Source of the DNA: Elsinoe ampelina
Lineage: Eukaryota
DNA: 64,000 nucleotides
Assembly (NCBI GenBank): GCA_010093995.1
Contig: ML992508.1
Span: 1,210,282-1,274,281, forward strand
Reading direction: 5' to 3'
Below, piece by piece: positions 57,352-64,000 of this stretch. The notes under the pieces were generated by a model. It was not told where the DNA came from and made no database searches. It saw only the letters and a program-made list of their open reading frames with translations. The translations under genes were made by a program, and so were the position numbers. The number at the start of each line of letters is the position of its first letter. The first letter of the stretch is position 1.

Positions 57352-59244
57352 ATGCCGGGACCTCAAGGATCAAAGTCCAAAAATGGAAACGGCAAGAAGA
57401 GTCGCGACAGGCGATCGCAGTCCAGAAACACGACTCCGTTATCGTCGGGCACAGAGACATCCTCAGGCTTCGCTCCAATAACCGGTGAAACACCTTACCT
57501 TCGCACTGCCCTGGCTTCTCTCCTTGTACCACCGCACGCGTCAATCGAGGCGCTTATCGAAAAGCATTCCTCGGGCAGCAGTAACCCGCCTTCGGTTGCA
57601 GCGCTGAACAACATACACGATGGTATTCAGTCATCTGTCATTGGTCATGTGACGACAAGAGGTACAGCATGTGACGGAGCGATGCGACAACTCGCTAGGA
57701 AGCGGAAAGAGCGCGTCGAATTCGAACGAGAAAGAGAGGAGAGAGAGCGCATGGACGAAGACCGCAGAAGACGCGATGCAAAGAAGATCGTCGGCAAGAA
57801 GCGTGACCGGGAAGAGATGGAAGACGAGACCAGACCACCAGCAGTCGGAGCACATGGTCTGGCTCGCCAAGATGGTGTTGATGTTCACATGGAAGGTGCC
57901 ACCCAATCACCACCACCAAAAGCGGAGAAGATAGACGCTGGATCGCCATCGGGGTCGTCAGAGGCCAGCCATCAACCACCGCCAGCTCAGCCGGTCGCTC
58001 AGTATCAGTCGTTCGGTGATGACCCCACACAGTATGACGATCCGACCGTGTATGATATTCGCGACGTCACCCCAGACATGACCGAGGACGAGAAGAAGGC
58101 TATCTTATCTGTGGCAGACTATCCTCATGACGACTTGCATGACCTTACACCTGGCACACCTCCGGATATGGACTTTAGCAATGCGAAACCATCAAACCAG
58201 GTCGCATTCTCGACCTTCATTTCTTATATCGAACCATATGTGCGCCCTCTGACGGAAGAAGACGTGGCATTTCTCAAAGAGCGTGGCGATCGAGTGGAGC
58301 CTTTCATGATGCCGGTACGCGGACCTATGCCATATAGGGAGGTGTGGGCCCGCGAGGATGGACACAATCCGAGGGATCCGATGAATGATCATTTGCCGCA
58401 GAATGCTCCTCGCGGGAGTATCGAGGACATGAACGACGAGACTGCTGCAACCGAGGAAATTTCCGGTGGACCTTTACTGGCACGCCTCCTGTCTATCTTC
58501 AGGCATGAGCCGAGTGTCCAGAAGGATAAGGACAAGGATGACACAGCCGAAACAAACGGCGACATCAGCATGGTCAATGGCGATGCCACTGCAGGAGAGC
58601 AAGAAGCAAGTCATGGCGCTACCAACGAGGACAGCGAGTCTTTCAAGCCCGCGACATACTTTGCCGACATGGCTGGTAATAGCACGAACAAGCCGCCTAT
58701 CCCGTCGCCCAGGCCATTTGCGACTCTCGAGCAAAGGATGCTTCAGGAGCTCAGGTATCATGGACTTCTCACGCCCGAATCAACTCCCGACTATGATGGA
58801 CATTTCGACGACGAAGTCGCTGCTCGTTTGCGCTACTTGCAGTCTGAATTGCGGACCGTCATGATGGAGAATGGCGCTCGAAAGGCGAGAGTCCTCGAGT
58901 TGACGGAAGAGAGGATGGCCATGCAAGAGTATGCTACCATCGCTGATGATCTTGACAACCAGATCAATGCCGCCTACACGAAGCGTAACAGGACCATGGG
59001 CAAGCCCAAGAAGGGTACCGCCAAGCAGAGACCAGGTCAAGCTGCAGGGCTGGCAATCAGTAGAAACAACATTTCAGAAGGCGTTAGGATGCTCATGGAC
59101 AGACGTCTGCAGTGGCGCGATCTCATTGGACCGGTGGTGGAGTTCGGGCACAAAGGCATACCGAAGGAGACAGTCTTCGACAAGACTACGATGGAACGAC
59201 TCGTCAAGGCTGAAGGAGAAGCTGGTGACGCTGAAGATGTATGA
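57352..59244 (+). CDS. NGG1: SAGA/ADA complex subunit Ada3
   Basis: DFSNAKPSNQVAFSTF..YIEPYVRPLTEED.AFL, GPLLARLLS, LEQRMLQELRYHG, DDEVAARLRYLQSEL, MAMQEY..IADDLD.QI. Confidence 0.92.
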   Translation: MPGPQGSKSKNGNGKKSRDRRSQSRNTTPLSSGTETSSGFAPITGETPYLRTALASLLVPPHASIEALIEKHSSGSSNPPSVAALNNIHDGIQSSVIGHVTTRGTACDGAMRQLARKRKERVEFEREREERERMDEDRRRRDAKKIVGKKRDREEMEDETRPPAVGAHGLARQDGVDVHMEGATQSPPPKAEKIDAGSPSGSSEASHQPPPAQPVAQYQSFGDDPTQYDDPTVYDIRDVTPDMTEDEKKAILSVADYPHDDLHDLTPGTPPDMDFSNAKPSNQVAFSTFISYIEPYVRPLTEEDVAFLKERGDRVEPFMMPVRGPMPYREVWAREDGHNPRDPMNDHLPQNAPRGSIEDMNDETAATEEISGGPLLARLLSIFRHEPSVQKDKDKDDTAETNGDISMVNGDATAGEQEASHGATNEDSESFKPATYFADMAGNSTNKPPIPSPRPFATLEQRMLQELRYHGLLTPESTPDYDGHFDDEVAARLRYLQSELRTVMMENGARKARVLELTEERMAMQEYATIADDLDNQINAAYTKRNRTMGKPKKGTAKQRPGQAAGLAISRNNISEGVRMLMDRRLQWRDLIGPVVEFGHKGIPKETVFDKTTMERLVKAEGEAGDAEDV

Positions 59245-59465
59245 ATTCACGATACATAGTTAAGGTCTTGCCCATTATCATTATTAGTAGATCAAGGGAA
59301 ACAACCAGACCCTGAAACTCCACCGTGCCTGCCGTCAAGGTTCCCGTTCGCAACGCGCGGCCAAGAGTTCAACATCCCTGCGTGAACTACTGATCTCCCG
59401 CAACGCTTCTACTTCACCTCTACGGACCTCTCCACCTCGCATCCGTCCCGGACGATCCTCCAAAA

Positions 59466-60431
59466 ATGTCACGCGCAAGCTTTTCCATTCCAGCTGCGCA
59501 CCCATCAACCTTTCGCGAATCCGTCCTCTCCACGCGCCAGCTCTCCTTCACGACACTTGCGACCAACGAACCCACCACTCCAACATCCCGCAAGTCAACC
59601 CTCACGGCCATCCCAGACAGCACTTCTCTAGACGTCCAGATGTCCTCTCCAACCTCGAGCTACGCGCCCTCCCTCTCCTCCACTCCACCTCCCCTCCCAC
59701 CGACCGTCGCCTCCTCCCCTCTCTTCCGTCTCCCCCGCGAACTCCGCCTCCAAATCTACACCTACCTCCTCTCCTCACACCCATTGGGCATCAACTTCCC
59801 CTCACCACACCTCGACCGCAACCTCACCCCGGCCCTGCTCCGCACCACCTCCCCAATCCTCGCAGAAACACTCCCCGTCCTCTACGGGAACAACCGCTTC
59901 ATCTTCTCCCACCCGTCCGACGCCAACGTCTTCTCCCACGCCTACGCCGACGCCGACGCAGTGAGAACATACACCAGCGAATTGATCCTGCGAGTCAAAA
60001 ACAGCGACGCAAAATTGTGGACGAGCTACTTCAACTCCAACGACGGGAGGCGGAGTCTAGTCCAAGACTTTCCCGCGCTAAAGAGAGTGACGGTCCGCTT
60101 CCGAGGGCCGAGATACGTGGGCCATCTATCAGCCGAGGACAACGCGATGGCGTGGCTGCGCGAGCAGACGCTGGTCGAGGTGGTGACGAGCGTGAGGAAG
60201 TGTGCGGTGGAGGTGTTTGTGGAGGTTTGCGTCAAGGTGCCCGAGGGGTGGAGGGGGGATGCGTTTGAGCGGGCTTTGGAGGCGGTGGTGAGGGGGAATC
60301 TGAGGGCGAGGAGGGAGAGGGGGGAGGAGGTGGTGCCGGAGGAAGGGGAGGGGGTGGTGAGGAGGAGGGATCGGAGGGGGAATTTGGGGTGGGAGGGGGT
60401 TTGGGTCAAGGTGGAGACGGAGGGGACGTGA
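59466..60431 (+). CDS. Fungal hypothetical protein with F-box-like N-terminal motif
   Basis: SPLFRLPRELRLQIYTYLL and ALLRT...I..E..PVLYGNNRFIF, a pattern typical of fungal F-box-like families. Confidence 0.7.
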   Translation: MSRASFSIPAAHPSTFRESVLSTRQLSFTTLATNEPTTPTSRKSTLTAIPDSTSLDVQMSSPTSSYAPSLSSTPPPLPPTVASSPLFRLPRELRLQIYTYLLSSHPLGINFPSPHLDRNLTPALLRTTSPILAETLPVLYGNNRFIFSHPSDANVFSHAYADADAVRTYTSELILRVKNSDAKLWTSYFNSNDGRRSLVQDFPALKRVTVRFRGPRYVGHLSAEDNAMAWLREQTLVEVVTSVRKCAVEVFVEVCVKVPEGWRGDAFERALEAVVRGNLRARRERGEEVVPEEGEGVVRRRDRRGNLGWEGVWVKVETEGT

Positions 60432-60713
60432 GAGATGAGCAAGAGGAGGCTGAGGCGGATGAGGACCGGATAAGGAGAGTGGATGGGAGGTTATTGAACA
60501 GCATGGGCGTTGTTTTCCGCAGGAAAGCTTTACGAAAGTATGATACCAAAAAAGCTATGACACGAAACAGCCTTTTCTCTTCAGCGGGCTATGAAGCAAA
60601 AAGCAGGGTATATCCCATCCTATAGCATATCCTATACAGCATTCCACAATATCATGAACCATCATGATTCATCACCCATCAAACCCCACCCCTTTCACGG
60701 CCCGTCTTCTCAA

Positions 60714-62739
60714 CTAGAAAATCTCCGAATCGTCCTCCAAACTACACCCCTTCATCCCCTCCCCCACTGCCTCGACCTCTACCCCTACCCCTGCACCATT
60801 CCCCTCCACTCTCGTCCATCCTCTTCCCCCCTCTCTCCCCTCCCCCTCCCCCTCCCTCCCCCTCAGGTCCTGCACCATCCCCCCGACCTTTTCCCGGAAC
60901 GTATCCTCCAACCCGCCCGTCTCCCCCATCTCCTCCATCTCCACCTCCCTCTCCACCGCCCTGGCCTTTGTGTCCGTCTCCCTCCCTCTCTGGCTCCCTG
61001 CTTCCCTCCTCCTCTCCCTCCCATCTCCCCTTGTCTCCCCTCTCACCCTCAACGCAGGCAACGGCGTCCGTCCAGTGAGGATATCATACAAACTATCCTC
61101 ACTCTCGTCTCCTTCCGGCATCTCCGCGGCGCCGCGGGCGACGGCGACGCTGCTTCGTAGGCCGTCGAGGGTGGGGGCGGGACGGCCTTCGGGCCAGAGG
61201 AGTTGGAAGCCTGCCTTTCGCGTCGTCAGGAGGAGGGAGAGCTTCGACTCTTCTGCGGGTCGATGGAGGGTGGTTGTGGTTGGGACGTCGGAGGTGGTGC
61301 CGTCGTCGGGGGCCGAGGAGGAGGATGTGGTAAGGGGGACGGTAGAGGGGACGGGTCGGTCGAGTGGAGAAGAAAGGGAAGGGTTTAGGGGAGGTGATAC
61401 CCACCGGGCTTCGACGCGCCCTTTTTCCTGGGCGGAGAGGGTCTCGAAGCTGTGCGGGATGTGGATCGGGGGTTGAGTGGAGGTAACGTCCCAGATGTGG
61501 AGGGTGCGGGCTTCGGTGAGGACGAGAAGGAGGTTGGGGCGGGTGGGATGCCAGATTGCTCGACGGATGGATGAGTGCAGTATGAGGAGGGAGTGGACTT
61601 GCTGGGGACCGGTAGAGATGATGTAGACTGCTGTGTCGTTGCCTTCGTCTCGGCAGGAGATGTAGGACCCGGTGGGATTGGCGCGGACGTCGATTATGGA
61701 TGTCTTTGCGTTTGGGAGAGGGATGAGTTGGCCTGTCAGGGTGTCGTATGAGCGTTGTCCTGCTGCGTTGATCGTCTCTTGGTAGGCGACGATTGAGTCT
61801 TCGAGCGATCGTTGGGAGGTGTGGATCGACGAGAGAGGGAGAGGCTCGGAAGGTGAGAAAGCGCGAGATGATAGAAGAGTGAGCTCCGAGGCAGACGAAA
61901 GGACCAGATGGTCCGAAGACCAAGATGCGGACTTGAAGCCTGGTGACGGTGCGCCTTCCCCGCCAGGCGTAGATGGAGGAGTCGGTAGAGAAGGATATTG
62001 TCGGAACAAGAAGCCGTCCGGAGTGAAGACCAGTACGGGCTGAGAGTTGAGGGGAGAGTCCAAGACTACAAGCCATCTCCCACATATAGACCACGAGATG
62101 GCCTGAGCGTCCACAGTCGGCAGCGTTATTGATCTGAATGGGACCAAGCTGGGTGGGAGATAGAAAGAGAGTAAATCCTGTGCATCTCGTCTCATCAGAA
62201 GCACCAACACCTCAGGTCGACCCTTTTGCCTTCGCAGAGCCCACGGACTGGTTTTGCCACCCATCTTGAGATCGCCGATTTCTGTCGCTCTACCCGTCGA
62301 AAGATCCCACAGATTCACACTGCCAAACTCCCACACAACCATGAGTTGTTCCCTACCACTATCTGAGAGCACCTCAGCTGCATAAATCTTGCCGAGACTT
62401 CCACTGCCGTTTGAGACGTGGATGTTGACGCTCGAGTCCTGGAGAGAGTAGGCGTGTACACCCTGTGTTGACACCAGCATGAGAAAGGTAGATTGTGGCG
62501 ACCATTGTAACGATTGGTTCTCAGCGACGATTGTTGGTTGTGATGGTTCATCCAAAGGAAATGTGAAAGCTGGTGAGAGCGAAATGGCGTACTGGACGTA
62601 TAAATTCTGCTGCGTTAATGAGGCAATGTACGTCCCGCAGGGCGATGGCACTGCAAAGTGGCAAGCTGTAATTGGTTAGGACGAGGAACAGCTTGCGATG
62701 AGACGACTTACACTGGAAAGCTTGAGAACCTTCCATCAT
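60714..62739 (-). CDS. WD40 protein, WDR8/WRAP73-like (spindle pole body)
   Basis: First exon MMEGSQAFQ plus intron ~62666-62711, then PSP.G.YIAS, LPTVDAQAISWS..GRWLVVLD, VFTPDG.LFRQY, WHPTRPNLL. Confidence 0.75.
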
Positions 62740-63134
62740 ACAAAGAGAAATTCGTTACCCGTTGCTCATCAAGACTATTTCTTCTTGTCGAAGTGTCAAG
62801 CTTGAGTGTGAGTAAACAAAGGATGGTCAAATCCGGCCAATCACATGAATTGTATGCAGTTTTCCTCATTCGGCATGGCTCCTCCGCTCCGCTCTAGAAA
62901 TTCAATTCTTCCGACCTGAGCAAATATTCGGACCAACTCTTTACAAACCTGCTCGAGACCGCTGAACGGTGATGACAGTGACGAGCAACCTCCTTGTTGA
63001 AGGGTAAGTATATAAGCTTGGTAGGTTGTGGTGGATATGTTGTTACAATTCCTCCGCTCCATCGAGTCACCTTCAGACCATCTCCCAGGCAGTGCCGCAT
63101 CTCTACTACAACTTGTAACAGCTCAAGTCTCACA

Positions 63135-64000
63135 ATGGTCATCGTCGCCTTCGCTGGCGCCAGCACTGGCCTCGGCCTTACCGTTCTCAACACCTTCCTT
63201 TCCATCCCGAATGCACACAAGCTTGTCCTCCTCTCCCGCTCCGCCTCTCCCTCCCTGACAGCACGCGGCGTTGACGTCCGTCCAGTCGACTACACCTCCC
63301 ACTCCTCTCTCACTTTTGCCCTGACTGGTGTTCATACCATCCTCTCCTTCATTGGCTCCATGGACACATCCGTCGTCGAGACTGCCCAGCTAGCCCTCAT
63401 CGCCGCAGCCAAAGAGGCCGGCGTGAAACGCTTTGCTCCTTCCGAATATGCTGCTTCTTCGAACGAGGGGATTGACGCCTATGCTGTCAAGGCGCGGGTC
63501 TGGCAGGCTTTGAAACGGAGCGGACTTGAGTACACCAAGTTCTCGTGCGGCTTGTTCATGAATATTCTCGGAACCGGAACTCCGAAAGACGTATCCGAGG
63601 GGTCGTGGGCCGCGACGGGCGAGGAAGAAGCGCTCGGTGCGTTGCGACCTTGGGACTTTGTGATTGACAAGCGGAGGGGTACAGCTGATCTGCCTGGCAA
63701 TGGTGATACGAAGATGGCGCTGACCTCAACGGAGGATATTGGCAGATTTGTGTTGAAAGCGCTAGATTTGGACGCCTGGCCAGAGGAGCTGGGGATGAAG
63801 GGCGACCTGAAGACTTTCAATGAGCTTGTTGAGTTATTGGAGAAAGCGCAGGAAAGGAAGTTTTTGGTCAGACACAACAGTGTGGCGGAGATGCAGGAAC
63901 AGATTCAGAGGGACGAAAGCACCAGGTTTTACAACCAAGTCAGAGTTGTGATCGCGGAAGGTAACTTCAAGGTTCCTGACACCTTGAACAAGGCCTTCCC
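63135..64000 (+). CDS. NmrA-like / isoflavone reductase family oxidoreductase (3' end outside window)
   Basis: MVIVAFAGASTGLG Rossmann start, VDY, QLALIAAAKEAGVKRFAPSEY, GLEYTKFSCGLFM, TSTEDIGRFV. Absent from the ORF track because no stop lies in the window. Confidence 0.88.
   Translation, partial: MVIVAFAGASTGLGLTVLNTFLSIPNAHKLVLLSRSASPSLTARGVDVRPVDYTSHSSLTFALTGVHTILSFIGSMDTSVVETAQLALIAAAKEAGVKRFAPSEYAASSNEGIDAYAVKARVWQALKRSGLEYTKFSCGLFMNILGTGTPKDVSEGSWAATGEEEALGALRPWDFVIDKRRGTADLPGNGDTKMALTSTEDIGRFVLKALDLDAWPEELGMKGDLKTFNELVELLEKAQERKFLVRHNSVAEMQEQIQRDESTRFYNQVRVVIAEGNFKVPDTLNKAF

Overview
Fungal (Pezizomycotina-type) nuclear DNA with short GT-AG introns and CTRAC branch points. Bases 1-~8000 are an AT-rich, RIP-mutated transposon block. 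It holds a complete Ty3/gypsy chromovirus (203-bp LTRs at 641-843 and 6700-6902) inserted inside the RT gene of an older Ty1/copia element, followed by a 630-N assembly gap. The other 56 kb is gene-dense, with about 24 protein-coding genes: a degenerate GT71 mannosyltransferase-like gene, Xaa-Pro aminopeptidase, thaumatin-like protein, beta-mannosidase next to a ClrB/ManR-like Zn2Cys6 factor, CSL4, UIM-Tdp1-like, VAC8, aromatic amino acid decarboxylase, IRS4-like, LIG4, a divergent isoorotate decarboxylase / thymine-7-hydroxylase pair, three mitochondrial translation genes (mtIF3, uL4m, mL38), a putative Mei4/Rec24 orthologue, FMP27/BLTP2, a TM-RING-H2 ligase, ADA3, WDR8-like and NmrA-like genes. 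The best leads are the hidden Mei4-like gene, a DNA ligase IV lacking its second BRCT domain, the GT71 pseudoenzyme and a recurrent C-rich-to-G-rich skew flip inside many genes. I did not find a clearly new multi-gene system. All calls come from motif recognition by eye; no database searches were run.
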